NCBI GenBank assembly: GCA_043819555.1 | Contig: JBDREQ010000005.1 | Coordinates: forward strand, 1-21,581 | Direction: 5' to 3' | From: Candidatus Zixiibacteriota bacterium | GTDB lineage: Bacteria; Zixibacteria; MSB-5A5; GN15; JAAZOE01 | DNA length: 21,581 nucleotides | Shown here: positions 1 to 8,016 of the stretch, one piece after another | Position numbering within the stretch: the stretch's first letter is position 1 | How the letters are laid out: each line of letters begins with the position of its first letter | Translations under genes and position numbers: made by a program | Notes under the pieces: generated by a model | Database searches by the model: none | What the model saw: the letters and a program-made list of their open reading frames with translations, nothing else | Told to the model about the DNA's origin: nothing

Positions 1-136
1 ATTTGGCTACACTTACTGATGATCGCTTCTTCAAACTCATTTGCGCTTATAATAACACTCCAAGGAAATGTCTGGACTTTCGAACCCCAGCTGAGTTATT
101 TGGAGATAAACTGTTGCACTTCAAATGTGAATCCAC
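1..136 (+). mobile_element. Right end of an IS30-family insertion sequence (partial); probable terminal inverted repeat ~113-136
   Basis: Transposase C-terminus in + frame 3, followed by GTTGCACTTCAAATGTGAATCCAC, which resembles IS30-family ends. The left end lies outside the window, so the IR pair and target duplication cannot be checked. Confidence 0.7.
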
Positions 137-158
137 CTGCCAGCGTGCACTGGAATGA
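3..158 (+). CDS. IS30-family transposase, C-terminal fragment (5' partial; not in the ORF track)
   Basis: Manual translation: LATLTDDRFFKLICAYNNTPRKCLDFRTPAELFGDKLLHFKCESTCQRALE*. N-x-x-PRK-x-L-x-(F/Y)-x-TP-x-E is the characteristic IS30 integrase-core tail. Confidence 0.85.
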   Translation: MATLTDDRFFKLICAYNNTPRKCLDFRTPAELFGDKLLHFKCESTCQRALE

Positions 159-159
159 C
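140..159. repeat. REP-like palindrome half, probable IS target
   Basis: CCAG-CGTGCA-CTGG-AATGAC: a short hairpin ending in GGAATGAC, as in GTCATTCC...GGAATGAC-type extragenic palindromes. It lies just beyond the IS end. Confidence 0.45.
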
Positions 160-178
160 CACCCAAATATCTTCTCGA

Positions 179-215
179 TAAAAATTAAGGAAATGGGTCT
201 GGACTCCCGTTCCCT
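179..215 (-). terminator. Possible intrinsic terminator for the - strand tonB transcript
   Basis: Minus-strand RNA AGGGAA-C-GGG / 8-nt loop / CCC-A-UUUCCU followed by UAAUUUUUA. Confidence 0.4.
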
Positions 216-357
216 AAAATAGATTTTATTAGAATAGCGGTGTGGGGGCCGTTTTGGGGACGACCCCCAGGTAACCAATGAGCGCAGGTATCATCCAGAA
301 AGAGCTCCCAGCCAATGCTCCTTGGATGATTTTTAATAAATTTCCCCTAAACAGACA

Positions 358-1113
358 TTACTGCTGTCCCTGAGTATTCTTATTATCAATGACAAATCTC
401 ACGACATACGAAATCCAAACCTCGGTCGGTTCGAGATTTTGAATCGCAGGGCGATATCGACATTTATAGGCGGCCTTCACAGCGGCTTCTTCAAAACCCA
501 TATTAGGCCGAGTACAGTGCTTTGCCTGAGCTTTTTTAACGTTTCCGTTAACGTCAATGAAGGCCTGTATAATTACTTTTGCCGTAAATCCTCCCTCCAA
601 TGCCAAACGAGGATAGACCGGCTCTTCCTCATAAATCTGCACCGGCTGTACTTCAACCGGCTTAAACTTATCGGGCATTATCGCATAAGCGCTGTCGGGA
701 ATATCAATGATAAGTTCATTTCCCTGGCCTTCTTCGTAACGAAATGTCGGAACGTTGAATTCGTACTTTTCCAGGCGAGTTGCAATCACAATGTCTTCAT
801 CAATAACTTCTTCATCATCGACAGCGGCAGGTACACCAACTTTGGGAGCGACGACTTTCGGCTTATCGATATTAATTTGCGGAGGTTTGGTGTCCAGCGA
901 TGGAGGAGGACCCAATTCCATAAAAGTTTTAATTTGTATGATATCTTTCGGTTCAACAACATCATAAGTCACAGTCTTGTACAACCATATCCCAAAGCCA
1001 ATCAAAATGGTCAGAAATAAAGTTGAGAGATTACCCAGCATCATATTACGCTGATATGTCGACTTTAACTCAAACGCCCCGTATGGTATTCTAGTAATAT
1101 GCGGCATAATCAT
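358..1113 (-). CDS. tonB: Energy transducer TonB (paralog 2)
   Basis: N-terminal YGAFELKSTYQRN plus one TM helix, a Pro/acidic linker, and a TonB C-domain (PVYPRLA...AFIDVNGNV...FEEAAVKAAYKCRYRPAIQN). GGAGGTG RBS upstream; start could be either Met of MIM. Confidence 0.9.
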   Translation of the reverse strand: MIMPHITRIPYGAFELKSTYQRNMMLGNLSTLFLTILIGFGIWLYKTVTYDVVEPKDIIQIKTFMELGPPPSLDTKPPQINIDKPKVVAPKVGVPAAVDDEEVIDEDIVIATRLEKYEFNVPTFRYEEGQGNELIIDIPDSAYAIMPDKFKPVEVQPVQIYEEEPVYPRLALEGGFTAKVIIQAFIDVNGNVKKAQAKHCTRPNMGFEEAAVKAAYKCRYRPAIQNLEPTEVWISYVVRFVIDNKNTQGQQ

Positions 1114-1403
1114 TCACCTCCCCTCATATTTTGCTCAATCACATTTCCAATTGCATGATGCAATTGGAGATTAATTTCAGCTTTTTCATTTTGATATTGA
1201 ATATCCGGCGTGGACATTGCTGTTCGATACGGATTCATGTAATGTATAAATATCGCCGCCCCCCCGGCAAAAATAAATATACAGCCAAAGACGACGCCAA
1301 GTAATGATCCCATAATCCATTGACGAGGCTGGAATGAATAAGCGCTTTTGTTGCGGTATTGTGAGGTTGGGGGATTATGCAAATTAACTGAAAAAAGACT
1401 CAT
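1110..1403 (-). CDS. Small single-pass membrane hypothetical protein (97 aa)
   Basis: ATG at 1403 preceded by GGAGGGAG. One hydrophobic segment (WIMGSLLGVVFGCIFIFAGGAAIFI). Stop overlaps the tonB start (ATGA). Confidence 0.6.
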   Translation of the reverse strand: MSLFSVNLHNPPTSQYRNKSAYSFQPRQWIMGSLLGVVFGCIFIFAGGAAIFIHYMNPYRTAMSTPDIQYQNEKAEINLQLHHAIGNVIEQNMRGGE

Positions 1404-1483
1404 ATCTCCCTCCTGACACAAAGGATTTAACAGTACTTGCACTGCGATATTGTCCGAGCCTTTTTTCTCGATATTTGTCAGTA

Positions 1484-1747
1484 TTAGCCGATTGTCATTG
1501 TGTATCTCATATCGGTATTCGCCAGAGATACAGTCGAATTCCTCTTTATATCATTTTTGATACTCGATGCTTCGGGCCTATGGATTACAATTGTAACTGA
1601 AACAATCATGGCAAACACCATCAGCGCCAGAATAGCTGCCAAAACAAATTCCCGAAACCAGTCCTGCCTCCAATGGAACGCTATTATTTCTCGGGTGGTT
1701 GAGAGCCTTTCGATTGAAGAGTGAACTTCCGCATTCTCACAATTCAT
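1484..1747 (-). CDS. Small single-pass membrane hypothetical protein (~87 aa)
   Basis: One strong TM segment (FVLAAILALMVFAMIVSVTIVI). Purine-rich stretch before the ATG at 1747; the ORF-track start at 1786 is an alternative. Confidence 0.55.
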   Translation of the reverse strand: MNCENAEVHSSIERLSTTREIIAFHWRQDWFREFVLAAILALMVFAMIVSVTIVIHRPEASSIKNDIKRNSTVSLANTDMRYTMTIG

Positions 1748-1911
1748 TTTCCATCCCTTCTTTTTGGCGGCAATCATACCGCGCATTACGCCTGTTTTCT
1801 CGGATTAATGAACCTGAATCATCCCGGTCAGACCGGGAGACGGAAAATTATGCGCTGCTTAAATTGTGAGGTAAAGACGATGTCAAGCGTCTTTGGCGGG
1901 GATTTTTTATG

Positions 1912-1940
1912 GAGAGAGTGTTTTATTATTTCACTCTCTC
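1912..1940 (-). terminator. Stem-loop just downstream of tonB paralog 1 (terminator or 3' stabiliser)
   Basis: GAGAGAGTG-11 nt-CACTCTCTC, a perfect 9-bp stem 17 nt past the stop. No clear U-tract. Confidence 0.45.
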
Positions 1941-1957
1941 AAAATCAAAAGTATCAA

Positions 1958-2677
1958 TTACATCGTAAAGTCGACCACGTATGAGATCCAGCAGCCAATT
2001 GGAGCTCCGTTTTGAATGGCCGGCCGATATAAACATTTATACGCGGCTTTTACAGCTGCTTCTTCAAAGCCCATATTGGGTCTCGTACATTGTTTTGCTT
2101 GAGCCTTTTTTACATTACCATTTTTGTCGACGAATGCCTCAATCACTACTTTTGCGGTAAAACCGCCTTCCTGGGCCAAACGAGGGTATTCCGGAATTTC
2201 CTCATAGGTCTGCACCGGATATACTTCAACCGCGACAAACTCATCGGGCGATGGCATGTAGTCTTCTTCGGGAATATCAATGACAAGATCAGAGCCTTCG
2301 CCTTCTTCGCCAAAGACAGGCGCGTTTATCTCCTGCAATTCATCACGCGATGCAATTACGATATCTTCATCGATGACTTCATCGTCATCGACCGCGGTCG
2401 GAATTCCGACCGTGGGAGCGGCGATTTTCGGTTTATCGATATTAATTTGCGGAGGTTTGGCCGCCAGCGACGGAGGCGCGCCCAATTCCGCGATCGTTTT
2501 AATGCGAATGACGTTGGTCGCTTCCATATCCTCATAGGTAATGATCCGATAAATCCAAACTCCAAAACCAATTACAATAGTCAAGGCAATGGTTGAAAGA
2601 GTGCCCAGCATCATATTGCGCTGATAGCATGATTTTAATTCAAACGCGCCGTAGGGAGTAGCCATTGAATTTGCCAT
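1958..2677 (-). CDS. tonB: Energy transducer TonB (paralog 1), 239 aa
   Basis: Start reassigned to MANSMATPYGAFELK (ATG 2677, GGAGGTG RBS, just after the exbD stop). TM anchor, Pro/acidic linker, TonB C-domain (PEYPRLA...AFVDKNGNV...YRPAIQNGAP). Confidence 0.93.
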   Translation of the reverse strand: MANSMATPYGAFELKSCYQRNMMLGTLSTIALTIVIGFGVWIYRIITYEDMEATNVIRIKTIAELGAPPSLAAKPPQINIDKPKIAAPTVGIPTAVDDDEVIDEDIVIASRDELQEINAPVFGEEGEGSDLVIDIPEEDYMPSPDEFVAVEVYPVQTYEEIPEYPRLAQEGGFTAKVVIEAFVDKNGNVKKAQAKQCTRPNMGFEEAAVKAAYKCLYRPAIQNGAPIGCWISYVVDFTM

Positions 2678-2678
2678 T

Positions 2679-3296
2679 TTATTCACCTCCCCCAAGAACT
2701 TTTTCAACCATTCGCGTATCGCGGTTTTCCCATGGAGCCTGGGCATAGCGATACGAAAATCGCCTGGACCTGAACTCTTCTGCCCGTTCATGATCAGGAT
2801 CATTAAAGTCCCTAATGGATACGTCGAGTTCTTTGGCCGTCGCAGCATTAAATGATCGTTCGATCAAATCGATTTCATCCAGGATATCGACAAAAGCACT
2901 GTAACGGGCATCTTCCTGGATGATAATCAGCGTATTGAGCTTAGCGTTTTCTTTGTTCTTATCGACCAGTAACGTTCTCAGGGAATCGCTTCTCATAGGG
3001 GTTGGTAAATCCCGTCCGATAGCCCAGTAGAAATTATTCTTGCCGTCAATCCGAATAGTCAGAAGATTACTATCTTTTATTTTAATTTCCTCTTTCGTGT
3101 CTTCTATGGGAGGCAGGTTGATTTCCATTGCCTGCGGCATGGAGAATACAGTCGTAACCATATAAAAAATCAAGAGGAGAAATGCGATATCAACCATCGG
3201 CGTCATATCGATACGAATAGCAAGACGTCGTTTGGGACGCCTGAGACCTCCGCCTTTTGCTTTTTGCGGTCGATCGCCTACAGGTGCTCCACCCAT
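2679..3296 (-). CDS. exbD: Biopolymer transporter ExbD/TolR family
   Basis: IDMTPMVDIAFLLLIFYMVTT TM motif with the essential Asp; periplasmic domain ending ...VDILDEI, plus a C-terminal extension. Confidence 0.93.
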   Translation of the reverse strand: MGGAPVGDRPQKAKGGGLRRPKRRLAIRIDMTPMVDIAFLLLIFYMVTTVFSMPQAMEINLPPIEDTKEEIKIKDSNLLTIRIDGKNNFYWAIGRDLPTPMRSDSLRTLLVDKNKENAKLNTLIIIQEDARYSAFVDILDEIDLIERSFNAATAKELDVSIRDFNDPDHERAEEFRSRRFSYRYAQAPWENRDTRMVEKVLGGGE

Positions 3297-3343
3297 TTAA
3301 ATCACCACCTTTAAAAAACTGTTTTCATAAATAATCCCGGACA

Positions 3344-3814
3344 TCATATTTCAGACTCCAATTTGGTTATAATCTGGAATCGTGGCAGATGCTGTTCCTG
3401 AAGCGTTTTCATAATCTCCTCCATCGTCCCGAAACTCGATTCCTTATCCGCCTTAATCACCAAAAACGCCCTGGGATTTCTAACACGGGCTTCGTTAATA
3501 TAGCTTCCAACATCACTTGAAGTCACCTCGAAATATTGCCTAATCGGCTGCGAAATTTCCCTGTTATCAATTGTCACCATCCGTTTAATGATATAATCGA
3601 CGAAAATCGAATCGTCGGAAGTAACAGTGACATTTATAATGTCTCTGTCCGGTAAAGAAACCATCGAATGCGATGACGGCAAATCCACCTTCTTCTTCTC
3701 CGGAGGTTTAAACTGAGTAGTTGACATATAAAAAATGAGAAGCAGAAAGGCGATGTCAACCATCGGAGTCATATCGATGAGGATGCTAATCCGCCGTTTC
3801 TTCTTTATCTTCAT
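3344..3814 (-). CDS. exbD: Biopolymer transporter ExbD/TolR family
   Basis: IDMTPMVDIAFLLLIFYMSTT, V-x-LP-x-S and VIKADKE motifs; start overlaps the exbB stop. Confidence 0.95.
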   Translation of the reverse strand: MKIKKKRRISILIDMTPMVDIAFLLLIFYMSTTQFKPPEKKKVDLPSSHSMVSLPDRDIINVTVTSDDSIFVDYIIKRMVTIDNREISQPIRQYFEVTSSDVGSYINEARVRNPRAFLVIKADKESSFGTMEEIMKTLQEQHLPRFQIITKLESEI

Positions 3815-4569
3815 TTATTATGCTCCCTGGCTTTCAACATCTGAAGAATCTCATAACTGGCTTCATCAGTGGTATAGTTGAAAGCATCAACTTTATTAAC
3901 AAAAAAATTGTAGAAAAAGATTCCCAAAATACCGGAAGCTAACCCACCGGCTGTATTAACCAACGCTTCGGAAATCCCGCGGGCCAATGCCTGAGCGTCA
4001 ATAACGCCTCCGGCAGTGTGGCCGGTTGCGGCAAAAGCACGAATCATTCCGATTGTAGTTCCCAGAAGTCCGACCATAGTAGCAATTGATGCAATCGTCG
4101 AAAGAGCGATCAAGTTGCGTTCCAGGAGCGGTCCCTCAAGAGCATTGGCTTCTTCGATGGCCGCTTGCGTTGCCGCGATTTTCTTATCAGTATCCATCGA
4201 CCCATCTTCTTTGATGCGCATGTACCGTTCAATCCCGGCGCGAAGAACGTTGGCTGTTGTGCCCCGCTGTTTATCGCAGGCAGCCAAAGCTGATTCATAA
4301 TCATTGCTCTGAAGGTGGCCGATTAAATTTTTGAAATACACCTGAACCGAACTTTTTCCTTTGGCCACTTTTAACGACATGAATCGTTCTACAACAAATG
4401 CCAAAAGCATCAGTAGAATCGCAATCAAAATAACAACCAGAGGTCCCCCCTCATATAAAGTATGCAAAATCGATCCGGTTTCCGCGTTCTTGAAAATTAC
4501 GCCCCATAATACACCGCCCACAGCAAACGAGATTATGGTATTGAGGGTTACAAAAATAGTTTGTTTCAC
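3811..4569 (-). CDS. exbB: MotA/TolQ/ExbB proton channel protein
   Basis: LSTIASIATMVGLLGTTIGMIRAF and LARGISEALVNTAGGL signatures; GTG start after a GGAGG RBS. Confidence 0.95.
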   Translation of the reverse strand: MKQTIFVTLNTIISFAVGGVLWGVIFKNAETGSILHTLYEGGPLVVILIAILLMLLAFVVERFMSLKVAKGKSSVQVYFKNLIGHLQSNDYESALAACDKQRGTTANVLRAGIERYMRIKEDGSMDTDKKIAATQAAIEEANALEGPLLERNLIALSTIASIATMVGLLGTTIGMIRAFAATGHTAGGVIDAQALARGISEALVNTAGGLASGILGIFFYNFFVNKVDAFNYTTDEASYEILQMLKAREHNK

Positions 4570-4607
4570 AGCTACAATTCCTCCACCTTATATTTACGTT
4601 TCACAAC

Positions 4608-5588
4608 TTAAATTTCTTTACCTTTTAGGGCTAATATCAAAAAAGCGCCCAAAGCCACAAACATGCCGCCGGAAGTTAATCCGATAAAGGACATTACTGA
4701 ATAAGAATCGCCTACCTGCGCCACCTTATCCGATGGATCAAATCCATACGGAGCGCCGATAAATGACAAAACCAGCATCCCCAGCCAGATAAGCACCGGA
4801 ATCCAGTTGTATTTCAGAGTATTCTTTAAATGAAGAGCAAACGCGTCGGCATCTTTGATTTTGACTCCAAACAGCAAATACAAATTGTACGCGCCCATTC
4901 CGACACAAGATAATATGAATAGGATCATTAGAATGCCGCTCAGGATCAGAATAAAGCCGCTTGAAAAAACATAAGAACCAAAAGTTCCTGCCGAAATTAA
5001 AGCCCCGATTCCAGTTATCGAGCGCCGGTCATAGCTAACCTCGGTAACTGTCGTCATATTGGCCGGAATAGTGCCCTCCTCGGTCATCGTCGCCAAAAGA
5101 TTTTCAATAGATGTCGTAGAATCAGCTTGTGCCACAACTTTCTCGGCACGCTCTTCATCAGTAAGCGTTTCAACCTTATCCGAAACCTTCTGAGCGGCTT
5201 CGGCGATTACTGCCGAATCGGTCAAAGCCTCTGTCGCTGCTACATCGGCCGCAGTATTTGCGGTAACAATTGGTACAAGACTCGTCTTCACAATCTCAAA
5301 ATACCCCGAAAACCACGGTAAGAATATTGCCAAAACCAAAATCAGTGACACTGCCGCCAAAAACATTTTTTCAAAATTCGAAACCCTGACTTCAAGTAAG
5401 GTGCAGTCATCCCTTACTTCACCCTGGCTCTGTCCGAATTTGGCCATTACTTTCTCAATAATCGATTTGCGTTCTTCATCCGATTTGAAAATGTCTCCCG
5501 CTTTTCCCGGAAACACGTCAAATCCGATATATTTAAACCGCTCATCGGAACTATCATACGGTTGTTTTTTCTTATCACCGTCAGTCAT
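4608..5588 (-). CDS. Hypothetical membrane protein (~4 TM, large Ala/Thr/Glu-rich loop)
   Basis: Four clear hydrophobic segments, GGAGA RBS, tightly packed between the TPR gene and exbB. No family recognised. Confidence 0.8.
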   Translation of the reverse strand: MTDGDKKKQPYDSSDERFKYIGFDVFPGKAGDIFKSDEERKSIIEKVMAKFGQSQGEVRDDCTLLEVRVSNFEKMFLAAVSLILVLAIFLPWFSGYFEIVKTSLVPIVTANTAADVAATEALTDSAVIAEAAQKVSDKVETLTDEERAEKVVAQADSTTSIENLLATMTEEGTIPANMTTVTEVSYDRRSITGIGALISAGTFGSYVFSSGFILILSGILMILFILSCVGMGAYNLYLLFGVKIKDADAFALHLKNTLKYNWIPVLIWLGMLVLSFIGAPYGFDPSDKVAQVGDSYSVMSFIGLTSGGMFVALGAFLILALKGKEI

Positions 5589-5629
5589 AAAATCTCCCGT
5601 AAAAGCAACTCCAACAACTTAACTATATA

Positions 5630-7417
5630 TCAAAATTCAAACTCGGTATCCGACTTGCCTTGTTTGGCGTCGGCATTCCCCGGTTCGCATTTCAAAACTT
5701 TATTATACCAGTCAAATGCATCCTTAAAAAATGGACGCGATTCCTCTTTTTTATCTTTTTCCAGCAAATCGGCGGCATGGAGATGGTAACCCTGGGCAAC
5801 ATAAAGCATAACATTGGCGCTGCCGCAATTGTCCATGCCCTTTTCCTTGAAACAATTTAATGCTCGCTTAAAATATCCTATGGCTTTCAAATAGTTGGTA
5901 TAGCATTCGGCGCCAAAATATGAAAACCCAAGGGTAATCAAAGCCTCGCAATTGGTGGTATCCAAAGCATATGCCTTTTCAGTCCACAGTATTCCGTTTT
6001 CACAGTCCCCCAACTGGCGTATATAAGTATCCGATATAAGCAAATAGGCTCGAGTTTTGGTAGAATCCAACTCAACCACTTTAAGTAAATAATCTACCGA
6101 TTTTCCCCAGTCTTCAAGCTGCAACGTGCAATAAGAGGCATTAAGATATATACCGGCATCGTCCGGACCGATATCAATACGGCGGTCATAATAAATAAGA
6201 GCATCGGCGTATTCCTTAATTTGATGAAATGAAATCGCCGCCGAAACCGCATATCTTGAATTTTCCGGTTCAAGTTCACTGGCCTTAACATAATAACTGG
6301 CCGCACTGGCATAATCATCCAGAGCCTTATAAGCATCCGCAATCCTACGATTCAAATCGGCATCCGGCTCCCATTCGGAATCCTGCCCTTTCATCCATTC
6401 TATATGCTTAATTAAATTATCGATGCCGACCTGGTATTGTTCCAATGCAATTTTGGAACGGCCAAGATAAAGATAAATATTGCTGGGTACGTCACCGATG
6501 GAAAGAACGTAACTGAGAGCCGAATCGGCCGATTCATAACCGCCCAGGTTAAAATAAGCTCGGCCAATATTAAAAAAGACTTCGCCATCGGTGCTGTCGT
6601 TCGATAATTCCAGGAATTTCCTGTAAGAGCCGATCGTTTCAGTAAATCTCTGTTTTTTCGTCCCCTGATCGCGTGCTGACAAACCTGCCATGATATATAG
6701 TTTGCCTGCTTCTTTCCAGGCATAAGCATAGGTCGTGTCCCGGCTGAGTACAATGCTCAATTGATTCAGGGCCTCGGTATATTGGTTTTGAACCATGTAT
6801 GCGCGAGCCAGTCGAAAATACACGTCAAGATTGGTTGTATCCATTTCAATAACTTGATTATACTCATTAATGGCTAAAGGATATATTTTCGAAAAATAAT
6901 TGGCATCGCCAAGATTGACATGAAATTCCGCCTGATCCGGACCGATCTGGATTGCTTTACGGAATTCAATATCGGCCTTGGTATATTCTTCCCGCTCCAT
7001 AAATACCAATCCCAGGCCGTTATGAAACCATGATTTTTCTTCCTTGGCCTTATTTATCCCCTTATTAAAGTCCTTTTCAGCATCATTTATTTTGCCTTGC
7101 TTCAGCAATACTGAGCCCTTTAAATATAGGGCCTCATATAATTTCGATTTTTTATCCAGAGTAATCTCAAATTGCTCTAGAGCTTCCTCAAATTTACCCC
7201 GGGCATTAAATATTTTTCCTTTTAATAGATAATTGTAGGCATATGAGGGATCAGTCCTTATAGCGCCATCAAGTGATATCAAAGCCTGGGCCGTGTCAGA
7301 ATTATCTAATGCTGTCAAAATTTGGGGATCAATTTCCTCGGCAAAAATGGTCGAAGAAAATACCCCCACCATAATTATTAATATACAAATCCATCTTGAT
7401 GTTTTAATAAAAGCCAT
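5630..7417 (-). CDS. Exported tetratricopeptide-repeat protein (~595 aa)
   Basis: Start reassigned to MAFIKTSRW (signal peptide ...STIFA|EE). Many TPR motifs (e.g. WFHNGLGLVFMEREEYTKADIEFRKAIQIGP); Cys-rich C-terminal repeats. Confidence 0.9.
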   Translation of the reverse strand: MAFIKTSRWICILIIMVGVFSSTIFAEEIDPQILTALDNSDTAQALISLDGAIRTDPSYAYNYLLKGKIFNARGKFEEALEQFEITLDKKSKLYEALYLKGSVLLKQGKINDAEKDFNKGINKAKEEKSWFHNGLGLVFMEREEYTKADIEFRKAIQIGPDQAEFHVNLGDANYFSKIYPLAINEYNQVIEMDTTNLDVYFRLARAYMVQNQYTEALNQLSIVLSRDTTYAYAWKEAGKLYIMAGLSARDQGTKKQRFTETIGSYRKFLELSNDSTDGEVFFNIGRAYFNLGGYESADSALSYVLSIGDVPSNIYLYLGRSKIALEQYQVGIDNLIKHIEWMKGQDSEWEPDADLNRRIADAYKALDDYASAASYYVKASELEPENSRYAVSAAISFHQIKEYADALIYYDRRIDIGPDDAGIYLNASYCTLQLEDWGKSVDYLLKVVELDSTKTRAYLLISDTYIRQLGDCENGILWTEKAYALDTTNCEALITLGFSYFGAECYTNYLKAIGYFKRALNCFKEKGMDNCGSANVMLYVAQGYHLHAADLLEKDKKEESRPFFKDAFDWYNKVLKCEPGNADAKQGKSDTEFEF

Positions 7418-7496
7418 TGTTCGCTCAAACCCTTTCAATTCAAAAGAAATCGAGAGTTCCATAATACAAAATACGCTTCTTATGTCAAGCTGTTTT

Positions 7497-7751
7497 TCAA
7501 GAGTCATTATCCTGACCAACTTCCTCAACCAATTCATGCAAACTCTCATTTTCTTTTCCCCTTATTTGCTTAAAAGCGATTATTGATTGTCCCATTCGAG
7601 CCACAAAATAAAGGCTTACGAAAATGCCAATCACCCAGCGAAATGAATCACCCAATGAACCGGGATAATAAATCGCTATGGCCATCCCGCCAATAAACAT
7701 GACAAATGCCGAAAACATGTTTATTGCAATTTGTAAACCGCTGGTCGCCAT
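7497..7751 (-). CDS. Small 2-TM membrane hypothetical protein (~84 aa)
   Basis: MATSGLQIAINMFSAFVMFIGGMAIAIYY...FRWVIGIFVSLYFVARMG: two TM helices and an acidic tail. Confidence 0.65.
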   Translation of the reverse strand: MATSGLQIAINMFSAFVMFIGGMAIAIYYPGSLGDSFRWVIGIFVSLYFVARMGQSIIAFKQIRGKENESLHELVEEVGQDNDS

Positions 7752-7828
7752 ATTATTTATACCATCAATAATACAATTAAGAACAACAATTCTTCCCGGC
7801 AAAAGTTTGAATAATATGAATTTAACGA

Positions 7829-7844
7829 ATCAAAACCCGTGCCA
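7829..7844 (-). promoter_or_regulatory. Candidate sigma-54 (-24/-12) promoter
   Basis: Minus strand TGGCACG-GGTT-TTGAT versus consensus TGGCACG-N4-TTGCW (A instead of C at -12). Lies ~80 nt upstream of the 7751 start. Confidence 0.45.
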
Positions 7845-8016
7845 TCAAACAGGATTGTATAAAATTTTTATCTTGTTGTTAATCAGCGAGTTATTAATTC
7901 TGCTCCAAGCTTGAAATTACCCGTTTCAATGCTTTTATCGTCGGATTCCCCGACGATAACAATCATCAACCAAACTATTCTATTACAACATCTTACGATT
8001 CGCAATATTTGCGGAA

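Noticed and set aside
19..278. ORFs 19..222 (+) and 96..278 (-)
   Set aside because: They overlap the IS30 transposase tail in other frames and the hairpin region, and have no recognisable motifs.
439..2596. Long + strand ORFs 439..1020 and 2090..2596 that resemble each other
   Set aside because: Antisense shadows of the two tonB paralogs; their similarity follows from the tonB duplication.
2678..2848. 57-aa N-terminal extension of TonB in the ORF track
   Set aside because: It overlaps exbD; the RBS and the paralog alignment support the ATG at 2677.
1958..4569. Calling the motor locus Tol-Pal (tolQRA)
   Set aside because: No tolB or pal is present, and the C-domains have TonB-type YP and PA motifs.
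7418..7549. 44-aa N-terminal extension of the TPR protein
   Set aside because: It overlaps the upstream ORF and would bury the signal peptide.
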